A DNA stretch of 64,000 bases. It comes from an uncultured Clostridia bacterium (lineage in GTDB: Bacteria; Bacillota; Clostridia; Oscillospirales; Ruminococcaceae). Position numbers and translations under genes: made by a program. The stretch is from the NCBI GenBank assembly GCA_944387335.1, contig CALXEM010000069.1, positions 9,961 to 73,960 on the forward strand. The letters are read 5' to 3'. The notes below the pieces were generated by a model. That model did not search any database. It saw only the letters and a list, made by a program, of their open reading frames with translations, and was not told the origin of the DNA. The stretch's first letter is position 1, and each line of letters opens with the position of its first letter. Shown here in pieces: positions 37,488-45,754 of this stretch.

Positions 37488-38939
37488 ATGAGGATACTTT
37501 TTATCGACATAGACACACTCCGTCCTGACCATATGGGATGTTACGGCTATATGAGAAATACTACGCCGAATATCGACAGCATTGCCGAGGACGGTATACG
37601 CTTTGACAACTATTACTGCTCGGACGCACCTTGTCTGCCGTCCAGAGCGGCTTTGGTAAGCGGAATGTTCGGTATAAGAAACGGTGCGGTTGGCCATGGC
37701 GGTACAGCGGCTGACAGACGCCTTACAGGTGAGCCAAGAGGCTTCAGAGATTATGTTGACGACGGCTGTCTGCACAATATATTCAGACACGCCGGAATGC
37801 ACACAGCTTCAATAAGTACTTTTGCCGAAAGACATTCTTCATGGTGGTTCAACGCAGGCTTTAACGAGTGCTACAATGTCGGAAAGACAGGAATGGAGTC
37901 CGGTGAGGAGGTTCTGCCTGTTGTGCTCGACTGGCTTGACAGAAATGAGGGCAAAGATAACTGGTACCTTCACATACATCTCTGGGACCCGCACACACCT
38001 TACCGTGCGCCTAAGGAGTTTGGAAATCCGTTTGAAAACGAGCCATTTGATGAGGGTTGGCTGACTGAGGATATAGTCAAAAAGCATCTTGAGCATGTAG
38101 GCCCGCACTGCTTAAATGAGCTTAACATGTTCGACGACGGCACATATGAGCAGTATCCGAGAATGCCGGGTAAAGCCGAGAACTTCAGTGAAGTGCGCAG
38201 AGTAATAGACGGATACGACTGCGGCGTAAGATTTGCAGACGAACTTATAGGAAAAGTTATAGCTAAACTGCGTGAGCAGGGAATATATGATGACATGGCA
38301 ATTATACTCTCATCTGACCACGGTGAGAATATGGGTGAGCTGGGTATTTACGGCGAGCACGCAACAGCCGACGAGCCTACATGCCATATACCGTTTATAA
38401 TGAAATGGCCGGGCGGAGTTAAAGGCGTGGACAAGGGCTTCCATTACAGTCTAGATTTACTGCCGACAATGGCTGAGCTGTTAAATGCCAAAAAATATGA
38501 CCACTGGGACGGCGAGAGCTATGCTAAGGCAGTCACGGACGGCGAGGACTGCTCAAGAGATTCGCTTGTAGTATCTCAGATGGCTCACGTGTGCCAGCGT
38601 TCTGCACGTTTCGGAGACTGGCTGTACATACGCACCGTACATGACGGCTTCCACCTGTTTGACGATGAGATGCTCTTTAATATAAAGAATGACCCACATG
38701 AGCAGTTTGATGTTAAGGAGGAAAATCCGCTTGTATGTGCACAGGGAGCTAAAATTATACTCGACTGGCACGATGAGATGATGAAAAAGTCCGACAGTGA
38801 GATTGACCCGATGTGGACTGTAATGCGTGAGGGAGGACCTGAGCACACAAGAGGTTACCTTGACGATTATTTAAAACGTCTTGAGGCAACAGGCCGCAGT
38901 GAGGGCGCTGAAAAACTCCGCAAAAAATATAAGAAATAA
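37488..38939 (+). CDS. Cys-type sulfatase family protein (alkaline-phosphatase superfamily), no signal peptide
   Basis: Starts MRILFIDIDTLRPDHMGCYG. The sulfatase signature C-x-P-S-R is present in SDAPCLPSRAALVSGMFG, along with SSDHGENMGE. The ATG at 37488 follows GAGAGGAAAAAC. Confidence 0.85.
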   Translation: MRILFIDIDTLRPDHMGCYGYMRNTTPNIDSIAEDGIRFDNYYCSDAPCLPSRAALVSGMFGIRNGAVGHGGTAADRRLTGEPRGFRDYVDDGCLHNIFRHAGMHTASISTFAERHSSWWFNAGFNECYNVGKTGMESGEEVLPVVLDWLDRNEGKDNWYLHIHLWDPHTPYRAPKEFGNPFENEPFDEGWLTEDIVKKHLEHVGPHCLNELNMFDDGTYEQYPRMPGKAENFSEVRRVIDGYDCGVRFADELIGKVIAKLREQGIYDDMAIILSSDHGENMGELGIYGEHATADEPTCHIPFIMKWPGGVKGVDKGFHYSLDLLPTMAELLNAKKYDHWDGESYAKAVTDGEDCSRDSLVVSQMAHVCQRSARFGDWLYIRTVHDGFHLFDDEMLFNIKNDPHEQFDVKEENPLVCAQGAKIILDWHDEMMKKSDSEIDPMWTVMREGGPEHTRGYLDDYLKRLEATGRSEGAEKLRKKYKK

Positions 38940-38949
38940 ATATAAATAA

Positions 38950-38992
38950 AAATACATGGCTCTCTTGGACTAAAAGAGAGCCATGTATTTTT
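38950..38992 (+). terminator. Rho-independent terminator after the sulfatase gene
   Basis: atacatggctctctt ... aagagagccatgtat followed by tttt. Confidence 0.85.
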
Positions 38993-38996
38993 ATGA

Positions 38997-39034
38997 CGAA
39001 AAAGCTCGGATAAACTAATTTACCCGAGCTTTTA
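38997..39034 (-). terminator. Rho-independent terminator of ackA
   Basis: On the minus strand: aaaagctcggg-taaattagtttat-ccgagct followed by ttttt. Confidence 0.7.
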
Positions 39035-39052
39035 TAATTTAGATTATTTTAA

Positions 39053-40252
39053 TTAGAGAGCCTCAACGATTCTCTTTGTATCTCTTGCGATTGCAAGCTC
39101 TTCGTTTGTAGGAATGATCCAAACCTGAACTTTTGAGCCTTCAGCGGAGATGTTAGCCTCTGTACCTGTGAGCTCTTTGTTCTTCTGCTCATCGATTTTG
39201 ATGCCAAAGAATTCCATGTCCTTACAAACACCGGAACGGCACTCAACAGAGTTTTCGCCGATACCGCCTGTGAAGATTACAGCGTCAAGACCGCCCATAG
39301 CAGCAGCGTAAGCACCGATGAATTTCTTGATGCCGTATCTCTGCATCTCGCCTGCAAGTGCAGCACGGTGGTTACCAGCCTCAGCAGCAGCACGGAGGTC
39401 ACGGTCGTCGCTTGTAACGCCGGAAATACCGAGGTAACCGGATTTCTTATTGAGGATTTCGCTCATCTGAGCAGGTGTAAGGTTCTCTTTCTCGCCGAGA
39501 TATGTAATAACTGTTGGGTCAACGTCGCCTGTACGTGTTCCCATTACTACACCGCCGATAGGAGTAAAGCCGAGGGATGTATCAACGGATTTACCGCCGT
39601 CAACAGCTGTGATGGAAGAGCCGTTTCCAAGGTGGCATGTTACAATCTTGAGATCCTTTATATCCTTACCGAGGATTTCAGCAAGTCTCTCAGATACATA
39701 TTTGTGGGAAGTGCCGTGATAACCGTATTTACGGATGTGGTATTTCTCATAGTACTCATAAGGAATACCGTACATATATGCTTTTTCAGGCATTGTCTGA
39801 TGGAATGATGTATCGAATACGGCAACCATAGGAACATCTTTAGAAAAAACTTCCTGACAAGCCTTGATAGCTGTTACTATTGGAGGATTGTGCAGAGGAG
39901 CTATTTCAGAATAGTCGATAGCTGCTTTGAGCACATCGTCTGTAATGAGTGTGGACTGAGAATAAACCTCACCGCCCTGTACTACACGGTGACCGATTGC
40001 GGAAATCTCTTTAGCGTCGGAGATAACAGCGCCTTCACCTGTTGTAAGACAGTCAACAACTGCTTTAAAAGCCTCTTTATGTGTAGGAAAGTCTATTTCT
40101 TTAACTATAACTTTGCCGTTTGCTTTGTGTGTAATGCAGCCTCCGATAGAAATTCTCTCGCAAAGACCTTTTGCCAAAACAGCTTCTGTCTCCATATCAA
40201 TGAACTGATATTTGAGCGAAGAACTTCCGGCGTTGATTACCAATACCTTCAT
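39053..40252 (-). CDS. ackA: Acetate kinase
   Basis: Starts MKVLVINAGSSSLKYQ, with HRVVQGG, YGYHGTSH and IFTGGIGEN. An in-frame ATG four codons upstream (40264) is an alternative start. Confidence 0.95.
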   Translation of the reverse strand: MKVLVINAGSSSLKYQFIDMETEAVLAKGLCERISIGGCITHKANGKVIVKEIDFPTHKEAFKAVVDCLTTGEGAVISDAKEISAIGHRVVQGGEVYSQSTLITDDVLKAAIDYSEIAPLHNPPIVTAIKACQEVFSKDVPMVAVFDTSFHQTMPEKAYMYGIPYEYYEKYHIRKYGYHGTSHKYVSERLAEILGKDIKDLKIVTCHLGNGSSITAVDGGKSVDTSLGFTPIGGVVMGTRTGDVDPTVITYLGEKENLTPAQMSEILNKKSGYLGISGVTSDDRDLRAAAEAGNHRAALAGEMQRYGIKKFIGAYAAAMGGLDAVIFTGGIGENSVECRSGVCKDMEFFGIKIDEQKNKELTGTEANISAEGSKVQVWIIPTNEELAIARDTKRIVEAL

Positions 40253-40540
40253 GGTTTTAACCATTCCTTTCTTATGTTCCGTTTATTTACAGCATATGCC
40301 TGCCATATAAATCAAAACGTGAAAATAGCAGGAAAAGACACTCTCCCTGCAATTTATGCCGTATATTACAACAGCCTTTAATTATTGACAAGCTATCACA
40401 TACTTATATATTATTACATTATAAAATAAATTTCAAGGTATATTTATATTTATTGAATGAAATATAAATATGTTAGTGCATTTATATTTAAGACTATATT
40501 TTTTATCTGCGTGAAAAAATAACGGAGAAATTTTAAATTT

Positions 40541-41755
40541 ATGAATAAATTAAACCATATAACAGGAATTGTATGCGAATATAACCCGTTTCACAACGGA
40601 CATGAATATCAGCTCAAATGCGCCAAAAAGGAGCATGGCGGCGCGGTAGTGGCGGTTATGAGCGGAAACTTTACCCAAAGGGGAGAAGCAGCGCTCTTTG
40701 AAAAGCACACAAGGGCTAAAGCTGCTTTAAAATGCGGGGCAGACCTTGTTGTAGAGCTGCCGCTGAGCTTTGCTGTGAGCACAGCCGAGCGCTTTGCATA
40801 CGGAGCGGTGTATATTTTAAACGCAATGGGCTGTGTTGACACGATAAACTTCGGCAGCGAGAGCGGGAATATAGAAAAGCTGTATCATGCGGCGGATATT
40901 TTAAATTCTCAAAGCTTGTATGATTCAATGGGAGATATGCTCAGCTCCGGTGTAACCTTTGCGGCGGCTCGTCAAAAAGCAGTTGAAATGATGTACGGCA
41001 GGGATTTAGCGGAGCTTCTTTCAAGTCCGAACAACACTCTGGGAATAGAGTATATCCGCGCGGCAAAAAAACTAAACAGCAATATAGGTTTTACGACGAT
41101 AAAGCGTCAGGGAGCGGGGCATGACTCGGATATTCCTGTCGGGAAAACCGCCTCGGCAAGCTTTATAAGGGAAAAAATTCTAAGCTGTGATATAGATGCA
41201 GTCAGGGAGTATGTGCCGGAACAGGCGTTTGAGCTTTATAAAGACGATATTATATCAAGAAGAGCGCCTTATAATATAAAGTACGCCGAAAGAGGTGTTT
41301 TGGACAGGCTTCGCAGAATGACTGCCGACGACTGGAAGAACGTGCCCGATGTTGCCGAGGGACTTCACAACAGAATATATGACGTTGTGAGAACTTCACT
41401 GAGCATTGACGAAATTTTATCTGAAATTAAGACAAAACGCTATACTCTTGCGCGAATAAGGCGTATAATATTATTGGGGTATTTGGGTGTTAAAGCCGAC
41501 AGCCTTTGTAAATCCCCTGCATATATAAGGGTTCTGGGAATGAATGATACGGGAATAAAAATTCTCAGAGAAATGAAAAAAAGCTGTGTTCTGCCGTTTT
41601 CAACAAGCCTTGCAGATTTAAGAGGTCAAAACGGCGTGCAAAAGCTGTTTGCCGAGACAGAGAGTGCGTCTACTGATTTATATATGCTTATGAGGGAGAA
41701 TATCGGGGTGTGCGGTACTGATTACACTCAGCCTGTCGTAATCGAGAGAAATTGA
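40541..41755 (+). CDS. tmcAL: tRNA(Met) cytidine acetate ligase TmcAL (YlbM / UPF0348 nucleotidyltransferase family)
   Basis: Motifs GIVCEYNPFHNGHEYQL, VMSGNFTQRGE and PNNTLGIEY. ~400 aa, as in the family. Confidence 0.85.
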   Translation: MNKLNHITGIVCEYNPFHNGHEYQLKCAKKEHGGAVVAVMSGNFTQRGEAALFEKHTRAKAALKCGADLVVELPLSFAVSTAERFAYGAVYILNAMGCVDTINFGSESGNIEKLYHAADILNSQSLYDSMGDMLSSGVTFAAARQKAVEMMYGRDLAELLSSPNNTLGIEYIRAAKKLNSNIGFTTIKRQGAGHDSDIPVGKTASASFIREKILSCDIDAVREYVPEQAFELYKDDIISRRAPYNIKYAERGVLDRLRRMTADDWKNVPDVAEGLHNRIYDVVRTSLSIDEILSEIKTKRYTLARIRRIILLGYLGVKADSLCKSPAYIRVLGMNDTGIKILREMKKSCVLPFSTSLADLRGQNGVQKLFAETESASTDLYMLMRENIGVCGTDYTQPVVIERN

Positions 41756-41790
41756 CAGACTAACGTGTTCGGAGAGGAAAGGGATTATAT

Positions 41791-42471
41791 GTGCATGACG
41801 ATAAAGGGGTTAAAATAAAAGAGAACAAGAAAAAGGACAAAAATAAGCTTAAAAAATGCAGGTTCTCAGTGGTTACAAATAAGCATATGTATGATGATAT
41901 ATGCTTAAAAGAGGTTTTAGAGCTGACAGCCTGTCTGGGAAGTGACCCTGACGACTTTATAAAAATTATACCCGAAAAGAAAATATCAAACAGTGTTTAT
42001 CTTAATGTGTCGCATCCGCTTGTAGGTACTGCCGAGGTGGACAAATATCTTTTGGAAATACGCTTTGAAAAGGACAAGGCAGGCGAATTTATGCACTTTG
42101 AGATATTGACAGGCGACGAGGAATATGTCATAAATACCATAAAGAAATATTTTAAAAAATGCAAATTGCCGTCGCTGAAACTCTGGAATGATGTTACAGG
42201 TCGTTTTTTAAGGGAAATGTACGTGTCCGATGTCATAGACGCGCACAGGTTTTCCTCAAATCACAGGCTCCGCCTTGAAAATGACGCAAAGTGCGGCTGC
42301 TTTTACTGCGGACATATTTTTTCACCGAAAGAAATTACGGAGTGGATTGACGACCCTTTGGGTACAGCGGTATGTCCTTACTGCGGAATAGACGCCGTTA
42401 TAGGCCAGAGCAGCGGTTACCCGATAACCGAGGAATTTCTTTTAAAGATGAAAAAATACTGGTTCTTTTAG
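41791..42471 (+). CDS. Hypothetical protein with Lys-rich N-terminus and C-terminal four-Cys zinc-ribbon-like domain
   Basis: GTG start 6 nt after AGGAAAGGGA. C-terminal segment CGCFYCGHIFSPKEITEWIDDPLGTAVCPYCGIDAVIG. Confidence 0.6.
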   Translation: MHDDKGVKIKENKKKDKNKLKKCRFSVVTNKHMYDDICLKEVLELTACLGSDPDDFIKIIPEKKISNSVYLNVSHPLVGTAEVDKYLLEIRFEKDKAGEFMHFEILTGDEEYVINTIKKYFKKCKLPSLKLWNDVTGRFLREMYVSDVIDAHRFSSNHRLRLENDAKCGCFYCGHIFSPKEITEWIDDPLGTAVCPYCGIDAVIGQSSGYPITEEFLLKMKKYWFF

Positions 42472-42480
42472 AGGTGACAG

Positions 42481-43053
42481 ATGTCTGAAACACTGAACAG
42501 AGAAGCAAAAATAAATGTCAAAAATAAAATTTTACTGAGAAGCATATCCGACAGCGATGCAGATGTAATGTATAAATGGCTCAACGACAGAGCGGTGCTT
42601 GAGTTCTATGAGGGGCGGGATAATCCGTTCACTCTTAAAATGGTAAAGGACAAGTTTTTAAATGCTGAGGACAACGTCAGCAGATACATAATAATGTATG
42701 ATGATAAAGCTGTCGGGTATATGCAAAGCTATCCGCTATCGCAAAACGAGTGCCGAGACGAGTACGAATACACTTGTCAAAAATCCGAAATGCCTGTATA
42801 CGGCATAGATTTATTTATAGGTGAGCCGCAATTTTGGTCACAGGGGATAGGCAGAGAGGCTTTAAGGCTGTTGTGCGACACGTTAGTGTACGAGCACGGT
42901 GTAAGAACCTTTCTCATAGACCCTCATACTGACAACAAAAGGGCAATAAAATGCTATGAGCACGCGTCCTTTTTGCCTTTAAAGGTTTTAAAGGAGCACG
43001 GAAAGCACGAGGGCAAAATGTGCGACTGCCTGATTATGAAATATACTGTGTGA
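42481..43053 (+). CDS. GNAT acetyltransferase resembling aminoglycoside 6'-N-acetyltransferase AAC(6')-Ie (Acetyltransf_8-like)
   Basis: Collinear motif matches (from memory) to the AAC(6')-Ie domain: YKWLNDRAVLEFYEGRD, VYGIDLFIGEPQFWSQGIGREAL, FLIDPHTDNKRAIKCYEHASF and HEGKMCDCLIMKY. Confidence 0.7.
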   Translation: MSETLNREAKINVKNKILLRSISDSDADVMYKWLNDRAVLEFYEGRDNPFTLKMVKDKFLNAEDNVSRYIIMYDDKAVGYMQSYPLSQNECRDEYEYTCQKSEMPVYGIDLFIGEPQFWSQGIGREALRLLCDTLVYEHGVRTFLIDPHTDNKRAIKCYEHASFLPLKVLKEHGKHEGKMCDCLIMKYTV

Positions 43054-43106
43054 AATAAAAATACATGCAGTTAAATAAATTTTTTACACTAGGGGGAAAA
43101 ACAAAA

Positions 43107-44039
43107 ATGTCTGTAAACACAACTCTTATCAACTACAAACACTACGGAAAATGCCTTAAAATGGACAACGGCATATGCGAGCTTATAGTTACGGTAGATG
43201 TAGGACCGAGAATAATCTCGCTGTCGCTTTCAGGCAAGGAGAATCTGTTCTTCAACGATGAGACAGACGCAATAAACAAGGAAGGTCCTGCATTTGACGA
43301 GATGTTCTATAAGGGCGCTAAATGGCATATCTACGGCGGACACCGTCTGTGGGTATCACCTGAGGCAGAGCCTGAGACATACTATCCTGATAACACACCT
43401 GTTCCGTATGTAATCGACGGCAACAAGGTAATTCTCAACTGTGAAGAGGAGATTTACAACAAGCGTCAGTACACAATAACTATAACAATGAGCGAGGACA
43501 GCGCTGATATAAGCGTTCTGCATGAGATAAAGAACAACAGCGACAAGCTTCAGAGATTTGCTCCGTGGAGCTTGAACGTAACAGACAAAGGCGGCTGTGT
43601 AATCGTTCCTCAGACAGACCGTCCAACAGGACTTTTGGCAAACAGAGTTATAGCTGTTTGGGATTATTCCGATATGTCCGATAACAGAGTTATGTTCGGC
43701 AAAAAGTACATCACTTTAAAACAGAATGTTGACTGCAACGGCGCTTTCAAGATTGGTACAAACAACGAGCATGAGTGCGCATATCTTATAAATAAGGGAC
43801 AGGCAGTTAAATTCTCATTCAATATGATAGAGGGTGCGGAGTATCCTGACTACGGCTGTTCGTTTGAGACATACACAAACGAGCACATGCTTGAAATTGA
43901 GACACTCTCCCCAATGAGAAACGTTATGCCGGGCGAGAGTGCTGTACACGAGGAGCGCTGGAGCTTAAAAGAGGCTGAGTTTGACTTCGACTGCAAGAGC
44001 GAGGCAGACTGCGATAAGGTTGCAGAGCTGTTTAAATAA
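43107..44039 (+). CDS. Hypothetical protein, DUF4380 / aldose-epimerase-like beta-sandwich (tentative)
   Basis: The ATG at 43107 follows AGGGGGAAAAAC. Motifs VDVGPRIISLSL and GGHRLWVSPE. No signal peptide. Confidence 0.5.
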   Translation: MSVNTTLINYKHYGKCLKMDNGICELIVTVDVGPRIISLSLSGKENLFFNDETDAINKEGPAFDEMFYKGAKWHIYGGHRLWVSPEAEPETYYPDNTPVPYVIDGNKVILNCEEEIYNKRQYTITITMSEDSADISVLHEIKNNSDKLQRFAPWSLNVTDKGGCVIVPQTDRPTGLLANRVIAVWDYSDMSDNRVMFGKKYITLKQNVDCNGAFKIGTNNEHECAYLINKGQAVKFSFNMIEGAEYPDYGCSFETYTNEHMLEIETLSPMRNVMPGESAVHEERWSLKEAEFDFDCKSEADCDKVAELFK

Positions 44040-44062
44040 AAGTCAAATGCATAAATACAGAC

Positions 44063-44098
44063 AAAAAGGCTTGAGAAACGATATTCTCAAGCCTTTTT
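44063..44098. terminator. Bidirectional rho-independent terminator
   Basis: aaaa-aggcttgagaa-acgata-ttctcaagcct-tttt, between convergent genes. Confidence 0.85.
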
Positions 44099-44116
44099 AA
44101 GTTTAAATATTTTTTA

Positions 44117-45325
44117 TTACTGCACGTCGATAGTGAGTGCTGACAAAGCGTCTTTAAAGGTTATCTCAGCACATCTATAAAGGCTTAATCTTGCCTGTGT
44201 GAGTTGAGCGTTGTCGTTTGCCAGCGGTTTAGCTTTACTGAATGTTGTAAACAGTGAAGCTAACTTTATAAGATATTTTGTGATAAGTGCGGTGCTATAT
44301 GTCTTTGCAATGTCTGTAATTACATTTGTGTACTGCCCGATGTGGCGGATAAGCTCTTTTTCCTCATTTGATGATAAAAGCGAGAGAACTTCGTCGGATA
44401 TATCCTCATTTAAAGAAATTCCGTTTGCTGTGAGCGTGTTTATCTTACCGCATATTTCCGAATAAACGCGCTGTACTGAAATAAACTCGTTTTGCTCTAA
44501 AAAGTCAGGGGCAAGCTCTGTTACCTTGTCAGCTGTATCGGTATTGAAAATAAACTTCATTGCATTTTCATTTTTGCTTTCACTTATTGCTGATACATCA
44601 GCGTTGCCTTTATAAGCGTGTACAGGCTCAACAGGTACAACGTCAAAGCAGTCCTCCGAAATACCATCTGCACATAAAACAGCTTTAAGCTCTATCATGT
44701 ATTTTTCGTCAGCAGACTGACAAACGCAGATTATTTTTTCAAATGCGCCGTCGGTCATGCGTTTGCGGCAATATGAGGTGTTTTCCTCAGCTTTATCTGA
44801 AAATATGTAATTTTCAGTTGTCACACGGTATGCGCTAAGCGTCATTGTGCGAGCAATACAGTCTGCGACAGCACGGCATCTCAGCTCGTTTAATGTCGGT
44901 TTATCAGAAGAACTCACAAGAACAAGGACTTTTTTTCCCTTGCCGTAGAGCGAGCGTCCGTAGGAATCAACGCATGCCATTACGTCGTGCATTATGTTGC
45001 AGAACCATTTGTCAGTTGCCTTAAAATAAAGAGTACCTGTGCTGCCAGCGGTACAGCTCTCTATGTACTCGCCGTCAAACACACAGTTTTCCTTTATTAT
45101 TTCAGCTATTTTAATTGAAGGCATATTCATTTTTTCAGCGTTTATTACAGCCGCATTGCAGATAAAATCACCGATAGATGTGTCCGCAGGGATTTCCACC
45201 GTAAAGCCGTTTGGTATCAGTGCGGGAAGAGCCTTGCCTTTATAGGAGGCCAAAGCGGAATTGCCGATTATTGAGCGTATTTCTCCGACAGCGTGTTTTA
45301 CTATATTAGACATTAGTTTTGACAC
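44117..45325 (-). CDS. Arginyl-tRNA-synthetase-like protein lacking the catalytic signatures (DALR anticodon-binding domain protein)
   Basis: ArgRS-N-like N-terminus. The segment GKGKKVLVLVSSSDKPTLNELRCRAVADCIARTM sits where ArgRS carries ...SANPTGPLHVGH.R. The C-terminal DALR-like helix bundle ends in ARLSLYRCAEITFKDALSALTIDV. Only 402 aa. Confidence 0.7.
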   Translation of the reverse strand: MSKLMSNIVKHAVGEIRSIIGNSALASYKGKALPALIPNGFTVEIPADTSIGDFICNAAVINAEKMNMPSIKIAEIIKENCVFDGEYIESCTAGSTGTLYFKATDKWFCNIMHDVMACVDSYGRSLYGKGKKVLVLVSSSDKPTLNELRCRAVADCIARTMTLSAYRVTTENYIFSDKAEENTSYCRKRMTDGAFEKIICVCQSADEKYMIELKAVLCADGISEDCFDVVPVEPVHAYKGNADVSAISESKNENAMKFIFNTDTADKVTELAPDFLEQNEFISVQRVYSEICGKINTLTANGISLNEDISDEVLSLLSSNEEKELIRHIGQYTNVITDIAKTYSTALITKYLIKLASLFTTFSKAKPLANDNAQLTQARLSLYRCAEITFKDALSALTIDVQ

Positions 45326-45741
45326 TCCTTTACATTGATATGAACTTCATTTTCACTTATCAAAGAGGTGTTTACATCAAGTGAATATGAGAATTTAAGC
45401 TCACCGCCGCAGTCGTCAAGCTGTGAGAATACCTCTTTTCCCGATACGCCGAGCATTATCTCGCCGTACCCCATATCATAGTTGCAGTGGTGCCTTTTTG
45501 CCTGTTCAATTATCATTTCAGCTTTTTTTGTACCGCTGCGCATCATAACCACTTTGTTGCCTGAGCATACCTTTAAGATTGTTTTAGCGCCCTCAAAGCC
45601 CGTTGCCTCGGTCTCGTCATAGGTTATATAATATGAGTTGTTCTTTTTATAGTAAAATCCCTGAGTGATAAGCTCGACGGTGTCAGAACTGCCGTCTGTC
45701 TTTGATATTCCCGTAATGGAAATTATAGCGTCCTTTTTCAA
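45313..45741 (-). CDS. DUF1934 (YwiB-like) beta-barrel protein
   Basis: 142 aa. TTG start 7 nt after GGAGG. Its 3' end overlaps the ArgRS-like gene by 13 nt. The DUF1934-argS pairing is typical of Bacilli and Clostridia. Confidence 0.7.
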   Translation of the reverse strand: MKKDAIISITGISKTDGSSDTVELITQGFYYKKNNSYYITYDETEATGFEGAKTILKVCSGNKVVMMRSGTKKAEMIIEQAKRHHCNYDMGYGEIMLGVSGKEVFSQLDDCGGELKFSYSLDVNTSLISENEVHINVKECQN

Positions 45742-45754
45742 AAAAATGCCTCCG

